A stretch of DNA of 64,000 nt from a virus (IMGVR_UViG_3300032030_000056:15786-79785); one strand, 5' to 3'; shown: positions 38,948-46,826, counted from the stretch's first letter. The notes: generated from the sequence alone by a model not told the origin. Made by a program: numbers and translations.

Positions 38948-39820
38948 CTATTTGTTTTCGTTTTCTTGAGTTTCTTCGTTTTCATCGTCAACGGAAAAAT
39001 CCGCATCAATGAACCTATCGGCAACTTCTTGTGCGTGTTGTGCGGCAAGCAACATTTCGTCAGTATTGTCCGTATATTCATACTTTGTTACCGATTCTTT
39101 CATAACGCTTTGGTCTGCGATGATTGCGTCTTGCAACTCAACGGAAAGCGGAGCGTTCTTTGAAAGATTCAGCTTAATTACGGTTTTTAGTGCCATAGTA
39201 AGGAAATTCAAAGTCCAAGGACTGTTTCTGCGCACATATTCGTTGTTTGAACGATATGACTGTGAATAGCGTTTTGCGTGGCTTTCCATTTCTTCCGCAG
39301 ACATAAAGAATGTTGATTCTGCGCCATTCAAAAGACGGAAATAGCTTGCGTAACCGATAGTGGGCAATTCTGCACGTTTCTTTTCATCTTCGATAAAACG
39401 GAACACACACTCGCCAGTAAGTCTGTTTCTGCTTACCAATTCGCCTTGTTTGATGTCGGTTGCATTGGGGATTGTCGCAAATTGGTTTGTGCGCAAAGCG
39501 AGTTGCTTGTAGCCTTTTGCACCGATTTGGAATTGAGCGACAGTTACTTTGTTCTTGTTATCCTTATAAGGGATAACGTAAGCAAAGCCGAGTGCGTTAT
39601 CAAGCGGTAGGTCGAGTGCGGTTGCTTTCATTGCAGCAAACATAACAGTGTACGGCTCACACGCTTGCAAATTTACGTTGTTTGCGACCAATGCGGTTAG
39701 GTTGTTAACGAAAGAAGCTTTTCTTTCGCCCAAAACGCTTTCCAAATACTCTTGTGTCTTACTGTTTGTGATTGCACGATTAAATTTTTGCAATCCAGTT
39801 TCTTGCTTTTGTTCTGCCAT
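38948..39820 (-). CDS. recT: RecT-family ssDNA annealing protein
   Basis: CEPYTVMFAAMKATALDLPLDNALGFAYVIPY, QFQIGAKGYKQLALRT, MALKTVIK. Confidence 0.9.
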   Translation of the reverse strand: MAEQKQETGLQKFNRAITNSKTQEYLESVLGERKASFVNNLTALVANNVNLQACEPYTVMFAAMKATALDLPLDNALGFAYVIPYKDNKNKVTVAQFQIGAKGYKQLALRTNQFATIPNATDIKQGELVSRNRLTGECVFRFIEDEKKRAELPTIGYASYFRLLNGAESTFFMSAEEMESHAKRYSQSYRSNNEYVRRNSPWTLNFLTMALKTVIKLNLSKNAPLSVELQDAIIADQSVMKESVTKYEYTDNTDEMLLAAQHAQEVADRFIDADFSVDDENEETQENENK

Positions 39821-39834
39821 GATTTTCTCTTTTT

Positions 39835-40878
39835 TTAGTCGTTGTTATTTTGTTCTTTTTGCGGCTTGACTTTGATAGAAAGGAAGCCTTTTCTTTTTGT
39901 TTCTTTTTTGTATTTTGCTTTGATTCTCTTTGCTATCGTTGGGTGCTCTGCGGCAAAATCATCCATGTAAGCCTTTGCATCAAACGAAACAGTTGTTGTG
40001 GGTAATACTACCGAAAAAGTATAGTCTTGACCAGAAACGCTCTTGATGCCTTTTTCTACCATGAACTCGTATAGCTTTTGTTTGAATTGCTCTACCCTTT
40101 TTTCCTGTTGTTTGATGTTGCGCATCACTTCAGCGATTTGCAGGAATTGTCCTTGTATTTTTTCGGGCAAGTATTGTGCTTGGACTATATCGTTCTCAGA
40201 ATAAAAATCAAATGTTTCCAAGAACTCGTTAACCAAATCCATAGCGTTGTTCATATCGAACAATTTGCTATTGAACCTGACTTCTTGAATTGTAAGCCTT
40301 GTTTCGTCAAACGTAAAAGGTTGTTCCAAGTCAATCCCTTCGGTATTGTAGTGTGCAAGATATACTTTACACCTCCATTTCTTGCCCAACTTTAAGCATT
40401 TCTCACGACCGAATAGCGTGTGGTGATACAATTGCGCACGATATTCATTCCGCACTTCTTGTGTTGTGTACTTGCTTGCCTTGACTTCCCAAATATAGAT
40501 TGTTTGGTTTTTATCGTCTTGAAATGCGACATCAACGTGGTCAATACACTTCACGTTTTTGCGTGAATACTTTTCGCTTACCCAACACGGATTACTTTGG
40601 TAGTGTTCTTCATCTCCTTTTGAAATCAATTCAAAAACGCATTGTTCTACATAATCTCCATATTCCATTGCTCGATTGGTCATGTTTTCTTGATGCACCA
40701 AACCTTTGCAAATGGCAAGACGCTTGTACGCAGACGTTGGTATTGCGCCAATTGTATCAATTTGTGCAAGCATTTTTGCATCACTTCCACCCAAGCACCC
40801 AACTCTTGTGCTAATCACATCTGCTTTGTGTGCATAGGTCATTTTCTCGTCTTGTTGATGTTTTTGTTCTTGTTCCAT
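39835..40878 (-). CDS. YqaJ/lambda-exonuclease-like partner nuclease
   Basis: LGGSDA, MEYGDYVE, D...EVK, QLYH; adjacent to recT. Confidence 0.8.
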   Translation of the reverse strand: MEQEQKHQQDEKMTYAHKADVISTRVGCLGGSDAKMLAQIDTIGAIPTSAYKRLAICKGLVHQENMTNRAMEYGDYVEQCVFELISKGDEEHYQSNPCWVSEKYSRKNVKCIDHVDVAFQDDKNQTIYIWEVKASKYTTQEVRNEYRAQLYHHTLFGREKCLKLGKKWRCKVYLAHYNTEGIDLEQPFTFDETRLTIQEVRFNSKLFDMNNAMDLVNEFLETFDFYSENDIVQAQYLPEKIQGQFLQIAEVMRNIKQQEKRVEQFKQKLYEFMVEKGIKSVSGQDYTFSVVLPTTTVSFDAKAYMDDFAAEHPTIAKRIKAKYKKETKRKGFLSIKVKPQKEQNNND

Positions 40879-40883
40879 TTTAA

Positions 40884-41225
40884 TTATGCGGTTTTAATAA
40901 TTGATATATCTCGTGAAACGACATTGTTCTGTATTATTGTTTTGCCTCCTACTTCCGTCTTATGGCTTGTAAGTCTTGCTTGCACATAGACTTTATTGCC
41001 TTGAGTTAAACCAATACGTTCAATATAATCAAGTTGTATTTTCTCATACACAAAGACACGGATAAGTGTCAATGAATATGAGCGGTCTTGTGTATCGTGG
41101 AAATCCCTATTGTATGCGTCTATCTCAAGTATAAACGTACAATATTTGTTTCCGTTTTCTGCCGTGCCGAATTTTATCCTTTCTCCGACACGACCAACCA
41201 GTATCACAATGTTTGTATCTTTCAT
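40884..41225 (-). CDS. ssb: Single-stranded DNA-binding protein (short OB fold)
   Basis: NIVILVGRVG, GNKVYVQARL. Confidence 0.7.
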   Translation of the reverse strand: MKDTNIVILVGRVGERIKFGTAENGNKYCTFILEIDAYNRDFHDTQDRSYSLTLIRVFVYEKIQLDYIERIGLTQGNKVYVQARLTSHKTEVGGKTIIQNNVVSRDISIIKTA

Positions 41226-41247
41226 TGTTTTGTTGCTTAAAAAATTG

Positions 41248-41283
41248 AAAAACGGCTGACGGCTTTCTCAAGTGGTCAGCCGT
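41248..41283 (-). terminator. Terminator hairpin, CTT-GAGA-AAG cap
   Basis: 9-bp stem ACGGCTGAC/GTCAGCCGT, T-tract; its 14-nt loop is identical to that at 44016-44029. Confidence 0.7.
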
Positions 41284-41345
41284 AACTAACAATCTAAATT
41301 TTACAAATTATGATTACAAAATATTCGTATTATTAATACACATTG

Positions 41346-41376
41346 CAAAGTTACAAAACATTTTGCAATATAGCAA
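41346..41376 (-). promoter_or_regulatory. Promoter TTGCTATATTGCAA-N9-TAACTTTG
   Basis: Near-perfect palindrome 41363-41376, -7 box 41346-41353. Confidence 0.7.
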
Positions 41377-41390
41377 ACAAATAAGGCAAT

Positions 41391-41915
41391 TTATTTTCGC
41401 ATCTTTGCCTTAAACTTGTAATGGTGGCAGGTTTCAGCTATATTTGATTGCATTGTTTCGATTCCGTCAAAACACGGAAAATCTGCGCAATTGTAGCAAA
41501 TGCGTTTTGGCTTGTGTCCACGTCTTACTCCGTTTCTATAAGCATATAGCTTTACTGTTGCGGGAACGCAGTTGCATTTGTTAGCTATCACGTCAACAGG
41601 TAATCCTTGAGCATACAATTCAAGCAACAATTTTTTGTTAACATACTTTTGTGGCGAAATACCCATTTTGCGCCTTTCTAAGCGTTCTTTTTTCGCTATC
41701 CTATCCCCATATCGTTGGCGGTATTTTAATTGCGTTAAAAGCCGTTTATGATGCAAATTTGGGTCGTTCATCACTTGCTTGTGCCGTTCTTTTTGGTAGG
41801 CCAATTTACAAGCCTTACATTGTGAAGAAAAGCCGTCGCCCTTATTACCATTTCGGTAAAACTCGGACAACGGCTTAACAATTCCGCACTTAGTGCAACA
41901 TTTTTCACTATCCAC
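41391..41915 (-). CDS. Zn-finger/HTH protein
   Basis: CTKCGIVKPLSEFY...CKAC N-terminus, HTH-like middle, C-terminal Cys cluster. Confidence 0.65.
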   Translation of the reverse strand: MDSEKCCTKCGIVKPLSEFYRNGNKGDGFSSQCKACKLAYQKERHKQVMNDPNLHHKRLLTQLKYRQRYGDRIAKKERLERRKMGISPQKYVNKKLLLELYAQGLPVDVIANKCNCVPATVKLYAYRNGVRRGHKPKRICYNCADFPCFDGIETMQSNIAETCHHYKFKAKMRK

Positions 41916-42114
41916 TATTTGTTTCTTTCTGTTGAAATTTACTGCAATAGCCTAGTCTTTTGGCACTGTAGTAATATTGCCTTCCACGTTCACCAACCAC
42001 GTCACTTATATAAATTCTTTTCGGTCTTAGTGTGCAGACCATAACTGGTGTTTTTTGTTTGGTGTTTGTGTAGCCGAAGTCATAAAATTCACAATCAGCG
42101 CAATGATTCATCAT
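41908..42114 (-). CDS. Small Cys-rich protein
   Basis: CADC...C...C; overlaps the next start. Confidence 0.6.
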   Translation of the reverse strand: MMNHCADCEFYDFGYTNTKQKTPVMVCTLRPKRIYISDVVGERGRQYYYSAKRLGYCSKFQQKETNSG

Positions 42115-42119
42115 AGTTA

Positions 42120-43001
42120 TTACATAGCCAAACGGAAACCTATGCTGTCTAACTTATAGGTCGGTGTCGCAGGGTAGCGATAACCGCAACGGCAATTCTT
42201 TGCCGCATCGCCAAAACCTCCGTTTCGGTAAGTTCTGTAGGTTCCAGTAACATTACCTTGAGGGTCGGTTTGTTGTTCAGATGGATATGCGGCATAGTAG
42301 TCACTTACCCATTCGGAAACATTTCCAGACATATCATACAATCCCAATTCGTTGGCTTTTTTCTGCGCAACGGCTTTTGTCGTTCCACCGCTATTGGATG
42401 TGTACCAAGCGACTTCCTTAGGTGTATTGCTACCCGCAAAAATAGTGCCTTTACTCTTGTTGCCGCCACGGGATGCAAATTCCCACTCTGCCTCGGTAGG
42501 CAAGCGGAATGTTTCGCCAGTCAACTCGTTCAACTTTTCAATGAAAGATTGACAATCATTCCAAGACACTCTTTCTACTGGGTTGTTCGCATTACCCTTG
42601 AACTTACTCGGGTTATTACCCATAATTGCTTCCCATAAGGCTTGCGTGACTTGCGTTTCACAAATCCAAAATGGCTTAGTGATATGTACAACGTGTTGAG
42701 GTCTTTCGTTAGTACCAGAGCCAGTTTCGGTTGGAGGTGTACCCATCGTGAAAGTACCTCCATCAATTTTTCGCATCTTGAATGTCACGTCTTTGACAGT
42801 AAACACCTCATCCTCATCATTAGGCTTTGGATTAAGCATTTCGTCAATCGTGTCAACCAAATCATTGATGTCAACATTGCCATCATCGTTTGCATCAAAC
42901 CGAGGGTCTTTGTTCCCTTGAAGCAAAGCATCGCTAATTTCGTTGGCATCTTTCATGTTGACAGTGCCATCTCCATTAACATCATACTTGTTGTTATTCA
43001 T
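42120..43001 (-). CDS. Dockerin-like EF-hand pair fused to an FGE-sulfatase (C-type-lectin fold) domain
   Basis: DVNGDGTVNMKD / DANDDGNVDIND; FTMG, ETQVTQALW, PVERVSWNDC, FRLPTEAEWEFASRGG, ANELGLYDMSGNVSEW, IGFRL. Confidence 0.9.
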   Translation of the reverse strand: MNNNKYDVNGDGTVNMKDANEISDALLQGNKDPRFDANDDGNVDINDLVDTIDEMLNPKPNDEDEVFTVKDVTFKMRKIDGGTFTMGTPPTETGSGTNERPQHVVHITKPFWICETQVTQALWEAIMGNNPSKFKGNANNPVERVSWNDCQSFIEKLNELTGETFRLPTEAEWEFASRGGNKSKGTIFAGSNTPKEVAWYTSNSGGTTKAVAQKKANELGLYDMSGNVSEWVSDYYAAYPSEQQTDPQGNVTGTYRTYRNGGFGDAAKNCRCGYRYPATPTYKLDSIGFRLAM

Positions 43002-43153
43002 AGTCGTTATTGTGTTGAAAATGAAAAAAGTTGTCAGCTAGTTCCTAACCATCATACCCTACTTATGAGGGCTTAACCAGTTGGCGGCTTGGCTGAATGT
43101 TCCATCATGCTTATGAAAAAACTTCCATCTTATGGGCTTCCCCATTTTTTGTT

Positions 43154-43241
43154 TGGTGACGAGGTTGGAGTTGAACCAACGATGAATGCTGGTCGGTGTG
43201 AAAACCGACAATGGCATTTTACCCATTTTGGCTATCTCGTC
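43154..43241 (-). tRNA. Atypical tRNA-like gene (Glu-TTC-like, 8-nt loop, encoded CCA)
   Basis: GACGAG/CTCGTC acceptor + A-CCA; T8A9G10; GTCGG-TTTTCACA-CCGAC; T arm GTTGG-TTCAACT-CCAAC; acceptor one pair short, D stem mismatched. Confidence 0.55.
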
Positions 43242-43381
43242 ATTTTTTTTAAAACCCTGTCATGCATCACTGCGGAACAGGGTGCAAGAATTCATTAGTC
43301 ACTTTTTTAATAGTCAAACATTCAATCCTTTAAACACTAATTAACTAATATCCATTCATCTTATGAAAAACTTTTACCGAG

Positions 43382-43456
43382 TCGGAGATGATGGACTCGA
43401 ACCACCAACCCCTTGCAAATCATAGCAAGTGCTCTTTCCAAGCGAGCTAACCTCCG
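43382..43456 (-). tRNA. tRNA-like gene with 8-nt anticodon loop (TATGATTT; identity unclear)
   Basis: Acceptor CGGAGGT/ATCTCCG, D arm GCTC/GAGC, CTTGC/GCAAG, T arm GGTGG-TTCGAGT-CCATC; no encoded CCA. Confidence 0.7.
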
Positions 43457-43460
43457 ATTT

Positions 43461-43496
43461 GTCCCCTTTTTTATGCCTCACGGCACATTAGGGAAC
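43461..43496 (-). other. GNRA-capped hairpin (GCC-GTGA-GGC)
   Basis: Outer GTTCCCT/AGGGGAC stem, internal loop, 3-bp cap. Confidence 0.45.
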
Positions 43497-43707
43497 TTGT
43501 ATTAAAGAAAATCAATGCTGATTTTTATTCGGCACACCTTAGCATCCATCTTGCTGTTAAACAGGGTGAGAGTATTGCTAATTGTGTACTAGTCTTACGG
43601 ACACGTCCGTAGGGGTCTTCCGTGTGTCGCTCACACTCCCTTAGTTAACCCAAACTAACTCTGCGTTTATTTAAATGTCCGCAACTCGACATCTTTGCTT
43701 TTAGAAA

Positions 43708-43733
43708 CCTTGCGTGTTTCACAACAAGCAAGG
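43708..43733 (-). other. GNRA-capped hairpin (GTT-GTGA-AAC)
   Basis: CCTTGC/GCAAGG outer stem. Confidence 0.5.
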
Positions 43734-43830
43734 AAAATATTCATTCATAAACAATGTAAATAAAAGAGCCTACAGTTTTTAAGGTTTGCTTTACTTATAT
43801 ACTTTACTAATTATGGCAAATAGTATCTTG

Positions 43831-43991
43831 TGACTGCTGAGGGACTCGAACCCTTACCAAGTGATTATCCAATTATATATTAACTAAAAAAATCTATCAA
43901 CGCTTATGAAAAAAATCTGAGACACCTTGAAGCTACTTTCCGTGAATGGATATTTTCCAATGACGCACCATTCACCATGCGTCCAGCAGTC
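43831..43991 (-). ncRNA. Candidate RNA with acceptor-like stem, H-type pseudoknot and tRNA T-arm
   Basis: GACTGCT...AGCAGTC-A; GACGCA/TGCGTC plus GTGAATGG/CCATTCAC; AGGG-TTCGAGT-CCCT. Confidence 0.35.
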
Positions 43992-44002
43992 GTGTTATAA
44001 AT

Positions 44003-44038
44003 AAAAATGGCGGGCGGCTTTCTCAAGTGACCCGCCAT
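44003..44038 (-). terminator. Terminator hairpin, CTT-GAGA-AAG cap
   Basis: ATGGCGGG/CCCGCCAT stem and T-tract; loop shared with the 41261-41274 copy although the stems differ. Confidence 0.7.
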
Positions 44039-44140
44039 CCAACTTTTTATAAACAATCTAAAACTCCAATTCATGTTGTGTTCAGGCACGTTTCCTATAT
44101 CAAATCACAAATGGATAGAATTTTCAGCAATAAGTGTCAA

Positions 44141-44154
44141 TATGTCAAAGAGCG
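44141..44154 (-). promoter_or_regulatory. boxA-like antitermination element (CGCTCTTTGACATA)
   Basis: Resembles rrn boxA (GCTCTTTAACA); about 20 nt downstream of a -7 box. Confidence 0.6.
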
Positions 44155-44173
44155 TACCGATAGAATCGCACAA

Positions 44174-44204
44174 CAAAGGTAATACCAATATTGCAATATT
44201 GCAA
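44174..44204 (-). promoter_or_regulatory. Promoter TTGCAATATTGCAA-N9-TACCTTTG
   Basis: Palindrome 44191-44204, -7 box 44174-44181. Confidence 0.75.
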
Positions 44205-44385
44205 ATTTATTGTGCGATTTTTTTTGAAAAAGTTTTATTATCGTTCAGATTTGGTCTTTACAGAACCCAAATACCAAGCCGTATGCTTACGTTGCCACTC
44301 TTCCTTATCACGTCTTTTCTTTGCATCTTCATCATCCAAATAGTTACCGCCTCCGTTGATGTGCAACGGAACAGTATAGTCTGGT

Positions 44386-44778
44386 TCAACCCTTTTTCTC
44401 TTGTTTCTTTCCATTTGCTTTATTGTTTTTATTAGATTTGTGTGTTTCAGTCCAACGTACACGATTGTCATTTATTTCATCGAATTTTCTATTTAATTCT
44501 TGACAAGTCCTATATTCCTTTCTTGCATCGTATTTCATCTTTCTATTGATGATTGGTTGTGCAATCGTTTCAAGTAAAGAGTTGGACTTATCCAATTTGT
44601 TCTCGATTTCACCGAATTGAACAACATCAAACTGGTGTGCATCCACTTGGTTTTTACAAGTGATGTTAAACCAATCCTTCATACCTTTGAAGCCTTGATA
44701 TACGCACCAACATAGCCAAATCAAAGCTATTGCGATAACAATCAATGTGGTTAAAATGGCAGCTTCCATAATCATCAC
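44386..44778 (-). CDS. N-terminally anchored membrane protein
   Basis: Hydrophobic N-terminus then coiled coil. Confidence 0.65.
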   Translation of the reverse strand: MMIMEAAILTTLIVIAIALIWLCWCVYQGFKGMKDWFNITCKNQVDAHQFDVVQFGEIENKLDKSNSLLETIAQPIINRKMKYDARKEYRTCQELNRKFDEINDNRVRWTETHKSNKNNKANGKKQEKKG

Positions 44779-45065
44779 TTACTTACATAGGTTATTGTTG
44801 TTTTTTCGATGTATTCACCTGCCCCGCAAATCGCACCAATATCTTTCCATGATTGCATTTCGCTGAAAGACTGGTATGCGCCACGGATGCCGACAAAGCC
44901 ATCCTCGCATTTATACACATCTACTGCGGTGCTATACCAACTATGTTCGTTTAATTCAAGACCGATGGCTACTTTTTCGACATTAGTTGGGATAACATCC
45001 TCTACTTCATAAAGGCTATAAAACTTGCCTCCGTTTACCAACTTAATCAATTCTTGTACTTTCAT
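44775..45065 (-). CDS. Hypothetical protein
   Basis: 96-aa ORF in the small-gene array. Confidence 0.7.
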   Translation of the reverse strand: MKVQELIKLVNGGKFYSLYEVEDVIPTNVEKVAIGLELNEHSWYSTAVDVYKCEDGFVGIRGAYQSFSEMQSWKDIGAICGAGEYIEKTTITYVSK

Positions 45066-45081
45066 TGTTTGTTATTGTTTT

Positions 45082-45276
45082 TTAGTTGTTCGTTTTTTTT
45101 ACTTCATTATAACACTTAATAAGATATGCGGTACAAAAGCAGATAACTGTTCCTGTTGCTGTATATGATATGTCAATCGTGCGATTAGCTATTATAGAAT
45201 ATAGCATATCAGCAATTTCCACATATCCATCTATAATACCTAATAGGTATAGGAATTTCTCCTCTTTTAGTGTCAT
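45082..45276 (-). CDS. Small membrane protein
   Basis: Hydrophobic segments; overlaps the upstream stop. Confidence 0.5.
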   Translation of the reverse strand: MTLKEEKFLYLLGIIDGYVEIADMLYSIIANRTIDISYTATGTVICFCTAYLIKCYNEVKKTNN

Positions 45277-45686
45277 TTGATATTGGTTGTGTCTTTGTCA
45301 CATTCCATTTCCTCATCTAGCCACCTATCAATAGCAATAATAGCTTTGTTAGGTAATTCTCTTGCCGTTTTATTGCTTTTGATATATTCAACAGTATTAC
45401 TGATACCATATATCATGTAACCCTGCTTTGTACTTGGTAAGAACGTGGCAATGATTAAACAAACAATACCTACACGAACAAACGGCTTTGAGATTTTAAT
45501 TACCATGTTGTTGGTTCTCAAGCATTCCATGTCATAACTAGATGTGGTGTCTTCTTCAATACCTGCGTTCAAACAAACGCAGATAATCCAAGCTACAGCG
45601 GCCACAATGCCTAAGATAGAAAACACGATACTTACACCAATAATGCTGTCAAAAATCGAAATAAAATACAAATCAAATCCAATCAT
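45273..45686 (-). CDS. Two-TM membrane protein
   Basis: Two hydrophobic helices; FLPSTKQGYMIYG. Confidence 0.7.
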   Translation of the reverse strand: MIGFDLYFISIFDSIIGVSIVFSILGIVAAVAWIICVCLNAGIEEDTTSSYDMECLRTNNMVIKISKPFVRVGIVCLIIATFLPSTKQGYMIYGISNTVEYIKSNKTARELPNKAIIAIDRWLDEEMECDKDTTNIK

Positions 45687-45712
45687 AGTTTTTAATATTT
45701 AGTGGTTAATAA

Positions 45713-46102
45713 TTAAAGTTCAATCTCTTTATCTATGCCTCGCTCCCTCAGCAGGTGTTGCAGGGTGTGGACATATAACATCCCAGGTTTGTACGAAATT
45801 TGAATTGAAAATGCTCCGTGGCGATGTAAGTCAACTACTGTTTCTCGATAGTGAAACCCAATCCTAACGTGTGTATTACACTTATCTTCTGGAATAAAAT
45901 AGGACTCACCATAGGTGTGAAACCCGTTCTTCACCAAGATTTCCTCGGTGATGGGAATTGGGGACAACTTATCAACGCCAATACCGCCAAAACCGCCTTT
46001 TTCGGAATAGCTAATACTTCCGTTGAAACCTATTGCATCAACACGCACAGGTCGCCTGTTCAGATACAAAAGGTCGCCAATCATTAACTCGCTCGTTTTC
46101 AT
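45713..46102 (-). CDS. Hypothetical protein, paralogue of 46099-46512
   Basis: ELMIGD...PIPITEEILVKNGF...YVHTLQHLLR. Confidence 0.75.
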   Translation of the reverse strand: MKTSELMIGDLLYLNRRPVRVDAIGFNGSISYSEKGGFGGIGVDKLSPIPITEEILVKNGFHTYGESYFIPEDKCNTHVRIGFHYRETVVDLHRHGAFSIQISYKPGMLYVHTLQHLLRERGIDKEIEL

Positions 46103-46512
46103 AGCTGCACCTCCTTTTTAATGCCAACAAGCCGCAACAGGTGTTGCAACTCATGGACGTAATGGATAGAGACTGTTGCATCAAGGTCTCTTTCCATAAG
46201 GTCACTATTATGTTTGGTAATTCTAACATAATCAATCGTCCCTCCACAACCAAGTTGGACATAAATTTTGAAACCATCATCTGTTGTGGTTTCACAGTAA
46301 TGCCATCTTGGGCTTCTATAGAACACGTTCTCCACCAAGATGTCCTCGGTGAGAGGAATAGGGTCGATGCGGTCAAGACCATCATCGCTACACCAGTAGA
46401 TTTTGTAATCGGGGTCAAATACTCCAATCTCATCAGCGTGGATTGCTCCAACTTTGAGGTTGAGTCCGTTGACGCTCACCCAATCCCCGACCATTAAATC
46501 AGTCACTCTCAT
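46099..46512 (-). CDS. Hypothetical protein, paralogue of 45713-46102
   Basis: DLMVGD...PIPLTEDILVENVF...YVHELQHLLR. Confidence 0.75.
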   Translation of the reverse strand: MRVTDLMVGDWVSVNGLNLKVGAIHADEIGVFDPDYKIYWCSDDGLDRIDPIPLTEDILVENVFYRSPRWHYCETTTDDGFKIYVQLGCGGTIDYVRITKHNSDLMERDLDATVSIHYVHELQHLLRLVGIKKEVQL

Positions 46513-46826
46513 TGTTCGCCTCCTTTCTTGACTGGCGGTTGAGGGAGCGGCATCCAGTGGGTGATATCAAACGGATCTCCCCACATATCTGTCCACGTTT
46601 TGGCATCGAAGTTATATCGAAATTCTCCAGATGTCAATCCATCAGTAGCCCACACGCTGATAGACTGTTGCGTTTTACCATTTTCTTTCGGCAGTTCATC
46701 CTCCACGCTCACCCATGCGGGGTGGGAGTCTGCCCACTTTGCGCCGTCAATAAAGTGGATGCGCTCATCTGGATATTTATAGCGGGCAGCATCACGAATT
46801 TGTTGCAGTCGTTTCTCGTTGCTCAT
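46509..46826 (-). CDS. DUF551-like protein
   Basis: WVSVEDELP...ITHWMPLPQPP. Confidence 0.75.
   Translation of the reverse strand: MSNEKRLQQIRDAARYKYPDERIHFIDGAKWADSHPAWVSVEDELPKENGKTQQSISVWATDGLTSGEFRYNFDAKTWTDMWGDPFDITHWMPLPQPPVKKGGEQ

Noticed and set aside
42120-42260. Diversity-generating retroelement targeting the FGE/CLec C-terminus
   Set aside because: No reverse transcriptase ORF and no second near-copy differing at adenines was seen in the window; cannot be excluded outside it
43029-43088. Plus-strand hairpin with several G-U pairs suggesting a rightward RNA
   Set aside because: Weak stem, no plus-strand promoter found, conflicts with the orientation of neighbouring elements
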